Part shown: positions 1 to 10,063 of the stretch, piece after piece
Layout: every line of letters begins with the position of its first letter
Position numbering within the stretch: the stretch's first letter is position 1
NCBI GenBank assembly: GCA_002104905.1
Contig: MCFE01000482.1
Location: 1-64,000 of the forward strand
Origin: Basidiobolus meristosporus CBS 931.73
Taxonomy: Eukaryota > Fungi > Basidiobolomycota
Direction: 5' to 3'
DNA length: 64,000 nt
Position numbers and translations under genes: made by a program
The notes under the pieces: model-generated
What the model was told of the DNA's origin: nothing
The model's database searches: none
What the model saw: the letters and a program-made list of their open reading frames with translations, nothing else

Positions 1-246
1 AATTTGAGCCAAAAAGTGTAAAATGCATATTTTTGGGCTACTGCAATGAGAGTAAGGCATACAGACTCTACATACCAAAGCAAAGAAGCTGATCAAGTCC
101 AGGGATGTGTTGTTTGATGAAAATTCAAAATTTTCACAAAAAATGACATCAGATGATGACAAAAATTTGATCTCAAGTCCACCAATTGTCAGGATTGAAT
201 CAGAGCAAAACAATGAAATTTTTTCACTCCAGAGGACTCTACAACC

Positions 247-1968
247 GTGGTTCAGCCAGAATCAGTGCCCAGGAATATCCCAGAAGTGATCATTCCAGTA
301 TCAAATGCCCGGAGATCCAATCGGACAAGAAACAGCCCAAATTACTATATCAATGAGGGTACAAACTTAGCCTATGCCTATTCAGTCCATATTGATGAAC
401 CCCAGACTGTAAAAGAGGCCCTAAATAGCCCTCAGACAAAGTTTTGGAGATCTGCAATGACTGAGGAATATCAGGCCCTGAAGGAAAATCAAACTTGGGA
501 CTTAGTCAAATTACCAATCAACCAAAAATCAATTGGATGTAGATGGGTCTTCAAGACAAAATACAAGGCTGATGGTACAATTGAAAGATACAAAGCAAGA
601 TTTGTAGCCAAAGGATACTCTCACACAAAAGGACTTGACTATACTGAGACCTTTGCACCGGTAGCCAAGTTTAATTCCATCAGATTAATATTGGCTATTG
701 CAGCCAAATATAAGTTTTTTATTTATCAAATGGATGTAAAAACTTCATTTTTGAGTGGAGAACTTGATGAGGCCGTGTATATGGACCAGCCTGATGGGCT
801 TGTTGACCAAGATAACCCCCATTTGGTCTGCAAGCTTAAAAAGTCACTCTATGTTCTCAAACAATCATCAAGAGCCTGGAATTGCAAGATAGATTCTTAT
901 TTGGAATCTTTGAGTTTTAAAAGGAGTAATGCTGACTATAGTATATATTATAAGCCAGATAGAGCAAATCCAGTTCTATTAGCTCTATATGTGGATGATC
1001 TTATTATAGCCACCAATAACCTAGAAACATTGGAAGAGACCAAATCCAGCCTATCTAAGGAGTTCAAGATGTCTGATCTAGGAGAACTTAGTTACTACTT
1101 AGGGATTAAGTTCTCCATAGACAGAAGTACCCAGACTATTACCCTAAGCCAATCCAAGTATATTCAAGATATACTAAAGAAGTACAAAATGGAAGACTGT
1201 AAACCAGCAGCTACCCCAATGGAGACAAACCTTAACTTGGTCAAAACTCAACCAAATCAAGAGAGCTTGGTGCCATCTGAAAGCCCTGACTTTCCTTATC
1301 AATCTATGGTCGGCAGTCTGATGTGTATCATGCTTGGAACACGTCCAGATATCTCATATTCAGTGGGAGTTGTCAGCCAACATAATCAGAACTATGGATC
1401 TGATCATATTGCAGCAGTTAAGCGGATTTTTAGATACCTAAAAGGAACTGCTGATATTTGCTTAAGATACACTTATAAGGACTTGGAACAAGATCTTGTG
1501 GGATACTCTGATGCAGATTGGGGACGAAATTTGGAAGACAGAAGATCCACCACAGGATACACCTTTCTTTACTGTAAAGGAGCAATTTCATGGAATTCAA
1601 GAAAGCAACCGACCGTAGCACTTTCTACTACAGAGGCAGAGTATATGGCAGCCTGTGAAGCTACAAAAGAAGCAATGTGGTTAAGAAAGCTCTTTACAGA
1701 TTTAGGCCTATGTCAAAAAACGCCTATTACTTTATTTCAAGATAATCAAGGATGTATACAATTAGGTAGAAATCCAACTTTTCATGCTAGAACCAAGCAC
1801 ATAGATATTAGACATCATTTCATACGTGAAGCTATAGAGAATAACTTAGTTAGCTTAGTTTACTGTCCTTCAGATGAAATGATTGCAGACATATTTACCA
1901 AACCATTAGCTAGAGACAAGTTTGAATATCCTAGGTCAAAATTAGGACTAGTCAGTATGAACATTTAG
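247..1968 (+). CDS. Copia reverse transcriptase + RNase H
   Basis: Motifs WVFKTK..G.IERYKARFVAKGY, QMDVKTSFL, LYVDD, YSDADW, KHIDIRHHFIRE. Out of frame with the upstream integrase tail (107-289). Confidence 0.93.
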   Translation: MVQPESVPRNIPEVIIPVSNARRSNRTRNSPNYYINEGTNLAYAYSVHIDEPQTVKEALNSPQTKFWRSAMTEEYQALKENQTWDLVKLPINQKSIGCRWVFKTKYKADGTIERYKARFVAKGYSHTKGLDYTETFAPVAKFNSIRLILAIAAKYKFFIYQMDVKTSFLSGELDEAVYMDQPDGLVDQDNPHLVCKLKKSLYVLKQSSRAWNCKIDSYLESLSFKRSNADYSIYYKPDRANPVLLALYVDDLIIATNNLETLEETKSSLSKEFKMSDLGELSYYLGIKFSIDRSTQTITLSQSKYIQDILKKYKMEDCKPAATPMETNLNLVKTQPNQESLVPSESPDFPYQSMVGSLMCIMLGTRPDISYSVGVVSQHNQNYGSDHIAAVKRIFRYLKGTADICLRYTYKDLEQDLVGYSDADWGRNLEDRRSTTGYTFLYCKGAISWNSRKQPTVALSTTEAEYMAACEATKEAMWLRKLFTDLGLCQKTPITLFQDNQGCIQLGRNPTFHARTKHIDIRHHFIREAIENNLVSLVYCPSDEMIADIFTKPLARDKFEYPRSKLGLVSMNI

Positions 1969-1979
1969 CTGAGTGGGAG

Positions 1980-2328
1980 TGTTGTAAAAATTTGTATTTC
2001 CACCTAAATATTCACCTAACTTAGTCACTTAGATCATTACCTTCAAATCCTAGAAAATACTGACCAAATTCCTTGTCGGGATTTACTTAGAATATTTTCA
2101 CCAAAATACCAGGTACCCAGAACATGAAAATTCTCAAAGTTGTCCAAACAGCCCCAAACTTTGCACACATGTTCTTGGGACCTTCTTTAACCTATTCTAC
2201 GTGTTTGTTATGCCAAGACCAGGTAAAAGTATAATTACTACTTTTACATTCAATAAATCATTAAGTGAAAACCACATAATCTACTTGTTCTCCCAATCAC
2301 TTCCAATATCTCCAAGACTCTTACAACA
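1980..2328 (+). repeat. Copia 3' LTR (349 bp)
   Basis: TGTTGTAA...TTACAACA terminal inverted repeat; homologous to the other LTRs in the window. Confidence 0.95.
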
Positions 2329-3357
2329 CAGGGATCCGTACTAGGCCCTCTACTATTTGCCATCTTTGTGAACAACTTTCCCACCTTGGAAGCTTCTGCG
2401 CTTACAGCTTTATATGCAGATGATATTAGTATCTCTTCCAGTAATTTGGAAAAAGACTCTAACCTGATTGTCAGCTACCTTACACAAAGCAATCTTAGTC
2501 TCTCAATGGCAAAAACCAAGCCAGTTGGATGCAGTATCATGCTGAACTCTCAAACTCTGCACCCAGCAGAAACTGTCAGCTATCTAGGGCTTCCATTTAC
2601 TGCATCTGGTCTGGATGTAAAAGCACATGTGTGGAGGCAAATAGCACTTGCACGGCATGCTTTACACAAGTTAGTCTCTGTTATACCACCAGATATACCT
2701 TTGAGCCAAAGTCACTTGTTACTCAAGCAGTTTGTGCTCCCAGTCCTGGAGTTTGGATTGGCAATAATGCCTATTCCAACAAGATACCTGACAAAACTGG
2801 ACAAGTTTGTTTCCCACAGCATTTATACTTTATTACCATGGCTCCCACCAACACAGTATCACCACATAGTCCTGGCAACTTTTGGACTACTCCTGTATTC
2901 AATTAGAATCTTGTACCTCTGTACAAGACTACATATTCAACTCCAATAATCAACAAATGAATTGATACAAGCATGGATTTCACGCAAGATGCTTCAAAAT
3001 AACTCCTGTTGGGCAACTATCATTGGGTGCCCAAAAGTCCAGCAGTTTGTCAAAGCAATAGAGGGGAGTAAAAACCCCAAAGAAGCATATAGCAAGTATC
3101 TTAATCAACTATGGCAAGAGTATGTAACTCAGCAAACCCCATTTCTTTGCTTTATATCACCAATTGGCAAAAGCACATCACAATACATAGTTCATAAGTT
3201 ATTATTGATAGTGCTACCACCACTCCCTCTCAACACTCTATTCAATGCAGAGGAACTACAAGAAATAGCAACCTATCTACATATTAACCCAAAATGTCTG
3301 TACAAATATGTAACAAGACTCCAGAATCAATCCCTGACTTCTAAATTTTCACAATGA
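2329..3357 (+). pseudogene. Non-LTR (LINE-type) reverse transcriptase relic, 5' side interrupted by the copia element
   Basis: Directly after the LTR the frame reads QGSVLGPLLFAIFVNNFP...LYADD...YLGLPF, matching non-LTR RT motifs; a degenerate C-terminal ORF follows at 2962-3357. Confidence 0.8.
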
Positions 3358-4059
3358 TTGACAATAAAGAGTACACTAACCAGTGGTTTCCCCCCCCCCC
3401 CTAAGGGTAAAAAGTTCTTTTTGGTGTGTAAAGTGTTGAGATGCTCCAGAGTCAGTGTACCACATCTGAGAATCCTTGTTTGTGGTCATATTTAGTGCAG
3501 ATATGAATAGTCTATCTTCAGTTGTTGCAGCATTTCCATATTCAGGCTTCTTTTGCTGATAATCTCTCTTTTTGAAACACCGGTCTGATGTGTGTCCTTT
3601 CCTTTTGCAGTAGTTGCAAAATAGGTTGCTGTTGCCTTTGTAGGGTCTTGGGTACCTCCTTTGTTGGTTATCATTGCTTATTAAAGCATTTTCTTCTTCC
3701 TTCTTATTGGCGCTTGATTTTCTTAATTCTTCATCCAGGAGCCTTCTATATACGTAATTTAAGGTCAAATCTTCAGTTCTGGACTCTAGGGCTGATACAA
3801 GGCCCTGAAACTTGTCTCTCAGGCTATTCAGGATGGTAACTATCACATCCTCATCAGTAGTTGGTATGCCCACAGATTCCATCTCATCTACCAGCAAGGT
3901 AATTCTGTTAATTAGATTTTTCATATCTTCTCCTGGTAGCATCTTTGTACTAAAGAATTTTCATCTCAGATACATTTTCTTGGCAGCTGAACATGACTGG
4001 TAGGTGTCTTCTAATACTTTCCAGGCATTCTTTGCCGTATTGCTCTTTAGCATTGAATT

Positions 4060-4408
4060 TGTTGTAAAAATTTGTATTTCCATCTAAATATCCACCTAAC
4101 TTAGTCACTTAGATCATCACCCTCAAATCCTAGAGAATACTGACCAAATTCCTTGTCAGGATTTACTTAGAATATTTTCACCAAAATACCAGGTACCCAG
4201 AACATGAAAATTCTCAAAGTTGTCCAAACAGCCCCAAACTTTGCACACATGTTCTTGGGACCTTCCTTTACCTATTCTACGTGTTTGTAATGCCAAGATG
4301 AGGTAAAAGTATAAATACTACTTTTACATTCAACAAATCATTAAGTGAAAACCACATAATCTACTTGTTCTCCCAATCACTTCCGATATCTCCAAGACTC
4401 TTACAACA
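4060..4408 (+). repeat. Copia 5' LTR
   Basis: TGTTGTAA...TTACAACA, internal TATAAATA, followed directly by the PBS. Confidence 0.95.
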
Positions 4409-4420
4409 GGTTATGAGCCC
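4409..4420 (+). promoter_or_regulatory. Primer binding site complementary to the anticodon arm of initiator tRNA-Met (half-tRNA type)
   Basis: GGTTATGAGCCC is the reverse complement of GGGCUCAUAACC in the fungal tRNA-iMet anticodon arm, the priming mode known for Ty5 and Drosophila copia. Confidence 0.85.
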
Positions 4421-5195
4421 CAAGCTGTCACTCTCTGTAATGTCTACTACTGCTATTACTGTAGCTTTTCCCTCTGCTGAAAAGTTGGATGGCTCTAACT
4501 ACCAAGTGTGGAAGGTGAAGATGAAGATACTGCTACAAGAAAGAGGCCTTTGGGATATTGTCATGGGAGAAGAATGCCCTCCTAAAAGCATGGGAGAGGA
4601 AGCCTTAAAGTACCAGAAGAAAGAACAAAGTGCCTTTAACTGCATATGCCTTAATGTCAAGGACAAATTGCTAATTCAATGCTCAAGAGCAAAAACAGCA
4701 AAGAATGCCTGGAAGGCATTAGAAGACACCTACCAGTCATGTTCAGCTGCCAAGAAAATGTATCTGAGAAGAAAATTCTTTAGTACAAAGATGCTACCAG
4801 GAGAAGAAATGAAAAATCTAATTAACAGAATTACCCTGCTGGTAGATGAGATGGAATCTGTGGGTGTACTAACTACTGATGAGGATGTGATAGTTACCAT
4901 CCTGAATAGCCTGACAGACAAGTTTCAGGGCCTTGTATCAGCCCTAGAGTCCAGAACTGAAGATTTGACCTTAAATTACGTATATGGAAGGCTCCTGGAT
5001 GAAGAATTAAGAAAATCAAGCGCCAATAAGAAGGAAGAAGAAAATGCTTTAATAAGCAATGATAACCAACAAAGGAGGTACCCAAGACCCTACAAAGGCA
5101 ACAGCAACCTATTTTGCAACTACTGCAAAAGGAAAGGACACACATCAGACCGGTGTTTCAAAAAGAGAGATTATCAGCAAAAGAAGCCTGAATAG
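4413..5195 (+). CDS. Copia gag (UBN2-type N-terminus, CCHC zinc knuckle), ending at a premature TAG
   Basis: KLDGSNYQVWK motif and CNYCKRKGHTSDRC; other copies read through this position as Tyr (PEYGNA). Confidence 0.85.
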   Translation: MSPKLSLSVMSTTAITVAFPSAEKLDGSNYQVWKVKMKILLQERGLWDIVMGEECPPKSMGEEALKYQKKEQSAFNCICLNVKDKLLIQCSRAKTAKNAWKALEDTYQSCSAAKKMYLRRKFFSTKMLPGEEMKNLINRITLLVDEMESVGVLTTDEDVIVTILNSLTDKFQGLVSALESRTEDLTLNYVYGRLLDEELRKSSANKKEEENALISNDNQQRRYPRPYKGNSNLFCNYCKRKGHTSDRCFKKRDYQQKKPE

Positions 5196-6704
5196 GGAAA
5201 TGCTGCAACAACTGAAGATAGACTATTCATATCTGCACTAAATATGACCACAAACAAGGATTCTCAGATGTGGTACATTGGCTCTGGAGCTTCTCAACAC
5301 TTTACACACCAAAAAGAACTTTTTACCCAATATCAAGAAATTCCAATTAAGAAGGTTTTCATGGGTGACAATAGAACACTTGATGCAGTGGGAGAAGGAA
5401 CTATCCAAGTAAACCTAAGAAGCAGTGAAGGAAGCCATACACTGACCTTTAAAGAAGTACTCTATGTACCAGAAATAGCCAAGAACCTACTCTCTGTAAG
5501 CAAGGCCACAGCAGAAGGACTCAGTTTCAGTTTTGACAATTCTGGATGCAGGATCACTGATCAAAATGGTGCCCATATTGCTTTGGGCATCAGAGATCAG
5601 AACCTATACAAGTTGACTTATATTCCATCATATCTGGAAGCCAATATAAGTAACTTAAATGAAGAAACACCAATGCTTTGGCACAGGAGATTTGGGCAGA
5701 TCAATTTTGATTATTTGCACAAAATGATCAAAGATCAGCTTATTTCTGGAGTGAAAATTGACCCCCCAGCTAATTTGGAGCACTGTGAAGCCTGCATATA
5801 TGGGAAACAAGCCAGACAACCAATCAAGAGCTCTGGGTTAATCAAAACTAAGAAAAAATTAGATCTAATTCACTCAGATCTGTGTGGACCTAGGCAAAAT
5901 TTATCCTTAGGCGGGATGAAGTATTTAATTGCTTTTATTGATGATTATACAAGATACACATGGGTCTACTTCATGGAGAGAAAGGAAGAAGCTCTGTCTA
6001 AGTTCAGGGAGTTTAAAGCCATGGTGGAGAGAGAAACTGGTGAAAAAATCAAGAAAATACGCTCTGACAATGGTGGAGAATATACCTCAAAACTCTTCAT
6101 CCACTTCTGCAAAATTCATGGGATAAAGCAAGAGACTATTGTACCATACTCCCCACAGCAAAATGGTGTAGCAGAACAAGCTAACAGATCAATAATTGAT
6201 ATGGCAAGATCTATGATCCATGATCAAAAATTATCCTATGATTTTTGGGCAGAATCAGTTGCCACTGCTGTATATCTTAAAAATAGGAGTTATAACAGAA
6301 TACTTTGTGATTCTACTCCATTTGAAGCATGGTATGGATACAGACCAAGTGCAGAACATCTAAGAATATTTGGGTGTACAGCATTTGCCAAAAAACTGGC
6401 CGGAAATCAGTCAAAATTTGAGCCAAAAAGTTTAAAATGCATATTTTTGGGCTACTGCAATGAGAGTAAGGCATACAGACTCTGCAATACCAAAGCAAAG
6501 AAGCTGATCAAGTCCAGGGATGTGTTGTTTGATGAAAATTCAAAATTTTCACAAAAAATGACATCAGATGATGACAAAAATTTGATCTCAAGTCCACCAA
6601 TTGTTAGGATTGAATCAGAGCAAAACAATGAGATTTTTTCACTCCAGAGGACTCTACAACCGTGGTTCAGCCAGAATCAGTGCCCAGGAATATCCCAGAA
6701 GTGA
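5196..6704 (+). pseudogene. Copia protease + integrase
   Basis: Protease site WYIGSGASQH (DSG in other copies), LWHRRFG..CEAC zinc finger, IHSDLCGP / RSDNGGEY / PQQNGVAE integrase core. Confidence 0.9.
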
Positions 6705-9119
6705 TCATTCCAGTATCAAATGCCTGGAGATCCAATTGGACAAGAAATAGCCCAAATTACTATATCAATGAGGGTACAAACTTAGCCTATGCCTATTCAG
6801 TCCATATTGATGAACTCCAGACTGTAAAAGAGGCCTTTAATAGCCCTCAGACAAAATTTTGGAGATCTGCAATGACTGAGGAATATCAGGCCCTGACAGA
6901 AAATCAAACCTGGGACTTAGTCAAATTACCAATCAACCAAAAATCAATTGGATGCAGATGGGTCTTCAAGACAAAGTACAAGGCTGATGGTACAATTGAA
7001 AGATACAAAGCAAGACTTGCAGCCAAAGGATACTCTCACACAAAAGGACTTGACTATACTGAGACCTTTGCACCAGTAGCCAAGTTTAATTCCATCAGAT
7101 TAATATTGGCTATTGCAGCCAAATATAAGTTTTTTATTCATCAAATGGATGTAAAAACTGCATTTTTGAATGGAGAACTTGATGAGGACATGTATATGGA
7201 CCAGCCTGATGGGTTTTAGACCAAGATAACCCCCATTTGGTCTTCAAGCTTAAAAAGTCACTATATGGTCTCAAATAATCACCAAGAGCCTGGAATTGCA
7301 AGATAGAATCTTATTTGGAATCTTTAAGTTTCAAAAGGAGTAATGCTGACTATAGTATACACTATAAGCCAGATAGAGCAAATCCAGCTCTATTAGCTCT
7401 ATAGACTTGTTCCGTTGGATAGTGCCACATTGAGCCATGAGTGCCAAATGATGCCATAGTGTGCCAGAGAGGTCAAGTGAGCCTATACTTGGCCACACAG
7501 TGTGAAACATAGCTCTGCATCGTCATGTAAAGCAGCCCCTGTGTTTCACCCATTGCGCAGGAGAAAGTCCATTTTTTGACCTTTTTTTGTAGATCAATGT
7601 AGCTCAGGATGTGTGAGAGCACAGGAGAACTGAAGATATGCATCTGGTACTCAATACCCATGGCACTCTGAATCTAGCTCCTGTAACTTGTATCATGTCA
7701 CAAAAATGAATGGCACTATCTTGGTCCACTGATACTATCTGGCACTATATTTAAATATTAGCCCTAAAGTAAGATCTATACAAAGCACTTATAGTGCCAG
7801 ATAGTACCAGTGGACTAAGATAGTGCCATTCATTTTTGTGACGTGATACAAGTTACAGGAGCTAGATTCAGAGTGCCATGGGTATTGAGTACCAGATGCA
7901 TATCTTCAATCTGCTTGTGTGCTAACATATCCTGCACAACATTGATCCAAAAAAAAAGGTCAAAAAATGGATTTTCTCCGACACAATGGGTGAAACACAG
8001 GGGCTGCTTTGCATGAAGATGCGGAGCTATGTTTCACACCCTGTGGCCAGGTAGAGGCTCAATTGGCCTCTCTGGCACACTATGGCATCATTTGGCACTC
8101 ATGGCTCAATGTGGCACTATCCAATGGAACAAGTCTTATATGTGGATGATCTTATTATAGCCACCAATAACCTAGAAACATTGGAAGAGACTAAATCCAG
8201 CCTATCTAAGGAGTTCAAGATGTCTGATTTAGGAGAACTTAGTTACTACTTAGGGATTAAGTTCTCCATAGACAGAAGTACCCAGACTATCACCCTAAGT
8301 CAATCCAAGTATATTCAAGATATACTAAAGAAGTACAAAATGGAAGACTGTAAACCAACAGCTACCCCAATGGAGACAAACCTTAACTTGGTCAAAACTC
8401 AACCAAATCAAGAGTGCTTGGTGCCATCTGAAAGCCCTGACTTTCCTTATCAATCTATGGTCGGCAGTATGATGTATATCATGCTTGGAACACGTCCAGA
8501 TATCTCATATTCAGTGGGAGTTGTCAGCCAACATAATCAGAATTATGGATCTGATCATATTGCAGCAGTTAAGCGGATTTTTAGATACCTAAAAGGAACT
8601 GCTGATATTTGCTTAAGATACACTTATAAGGACTCAGAACAGGATCTTGTGGGATACTCTGATGCTGATTGGGGACAAAATTTGTAAGACAGAAGATCCA
8701 CCACAGGATACACCTTTCTTTACTGTAAAGGAGCAATTTCATGGAATTCAAGAAAGCAACCAACCATAGCACTTTCCACCATAGAGGCAGAGTATATGGC
8801 AGCCTGTGAAGCTACAAAAGAAGTAATGTGGTTAAGAAAGCTGTTTACAGATTTAGGCCTATGTCAAAAAATGCCTATTACTTTATTTCAAGATAATCAA
8901 GGATGTATACAATTAGGTAAAAATCCAACTTTTCATGCTAGAACCAAGCACATAGATATTAGACATCATTTCATACGTGAAGCTATAGAGAATAACTTAG
9001 TTAGCTTAGTTTACTGTCCTTCAGATGAAATGATTGCAGACATATTTACCAAACCATTAGCTAGAGACAAGTTTGAATATCTTAGGTCAAAATTAGGACT
9101 AGTCAGTATGAACATTTAG
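6662..9119 (+). pseudogene. Copia RT-RNase H, disrupted by frameshifts, stops and a foldback insertion
   Basis: ORF pieces 6662-7219, 8082-8687 and 8796-9119 are collinear with the 247-1968 ORF. Confidence 0.92.
7403..8136. mobile_element. Non-autonomous foldback/MITE-like DNA element (734 bp; ~347-bp inverted arms, 40-bp spacer)
   Basis: Ends AGACTTGTTCC...GGAACAAGTCT; arms 7403-7749 and 7790-8136 are reverse-complementary; 3-bp TSD TAT; inserted in the RT LYVDD codons. Confidence 0.92.
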
Positions 9120-9130
9120 CTGAGTGGGAG

Positions 9131-9462
9131 TGTTGTAAAAAATTGTATTTCCATCTAAATATCCACCTAACTTAGTCACTTAGATCATCACCTTCAAATC
9201 CTAGAGAATACTGACCAAATTCCTTGTTGGGATTTACTTGGAATATTTACCCAGAACATGAAAATTCTCAAAGTTGTCCAAACAGCCCCAAACTTTGCAC
9301 ACATGTTCTTGGGACCTTCCTTAACCTATTCTACATGTTTGTAATGCCAAGACAAGGTAAAAGTATAAATACTACTTTTACATTCAATAAATCATTAAGT
9401 GAAAACCACATAATCTACTTGTTCTCCCAATCACTTCCAATATCTCCAAGACTCTTACAACA
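9131..9462 (+). repeat. Copia 3' LTR (332 bp, ~17-bp internal deletion relative to the 5' LTR)
   Basis: Preceded by PPT GAGTGGGAG; same termini as the other LTRs. Confidence 0.95.
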
Positions 9463-9731
9463 GAATTAGCAATTTGTCCTTGACATTAAGGCAAATGCAG
9501 TTAAAGGCACTTTGTTCTTTCTTCTGGTACTTTAAGGCTTCCTCTCCCAAGCTTTTAGGAGGGCATTCTTCTCCCATGACAATATCCCAAAGGCCTCTTT
9601 CTTGTAGCATCATCTTCATCTTCACCTTCCACACTTGGTAGTTAGATCCATCCAACTTTTCAGCAGGGGGAAAAGTTCCAGTAATAGCAGTAGTAGACAT
9701 TGCAGAGAGTGACAGCTTGGGGCTCATAACC

Positions 9732-10063
9732 TGTTGTAAGAGTCTTGGAGATATTGGAAGTGATTGGGAGAACAAGTAGATTATGCGGTTTTCACTTAAT
9801 GATTTATTGAATGTAAAAGTAGTATATATACTTTTACCTGGTCTTGGCATTACAAACACGTAGAATAGGTTAAGCAAAGTCCCAAGAATACGTGTGCAAA
9901 GTTTTGGGCTGTTTGAGCAACTTATCAAATTTTCATGTTCTGGGTAAATATTCCAAGTAAATCCCAACAAGGAATTTGGTCAGTATTCTCTAGGATTTGA
10001 AGGTGATGATCTAAGTGACTAAGTTAGGTGAATATTTAGGTGGAATTCCGAATTTTTACAACA
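9732..10063 (-). repeat. Copia 5' LTR of the truncated minus-strand element
   Basis: Reverse complement of the LTR consensus, adjacent to the PBS. Confidence 0.93.

Larger units (their letters stand above)
1..2328 (+). mobile_element. Ty1/copia LTR retrotransposon, 3' part (integrase end, RT, RNase H, PPT, 3' LTR)
   Basis: Copia RT/RNase H ORF, polypurine tract GAGTGGGAG at 1971-1979, then LTR 1980-2328. The 5' part lies outside the window. Confidence 0.95.
4060..9462 (+). mobile_element. Full-length but degenerate copia element (LTR-PBS-gag-PR-IN-RT-RH-PPT-LTR)
   Basis: LTRs 4060-4408 and 9131-9462; 5-bp TSD GAATT at 4055-4059 and 9463-9467; copia domain order; several stops and frameshifts. 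Confidence 0.96.
3405..10063 (-). mobile_element. Truncated copia element (5' LTR 9732-10063, PBS, gag), split by the nested insertion at 4060-9462
   Basis: gag halves at 9463-9731 and 3405-4059 rejoin across a GAATT duplication. The PBS reads GGTTATGAGCCC on the minus strand at 9720-9731. gag has the CNYCKRKGHTSDRC zinc knuckle. Confidence 0.92.

Noticed and set aside
5193-5195. TAG between gag and protease as a programmed readthrough site
   Set aside because: Sibling copies (3376-3942, 49942-50367, 54345-54830) have TAT (Tyr) here, so it is a private nonsense mutation.
7473-7661. 62-aa ORF inside the foldback element as a transposase remnant
   Set aside because: It has no transposase motif and lies within a terminal arm.
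9224-9970. ORFs that start inside LTRs (9224-9469, 9455-9970; also 51541-51990)
   Set aside because: These are chance open frames through the LTR leading into gag; other LTR copies interrupt them.
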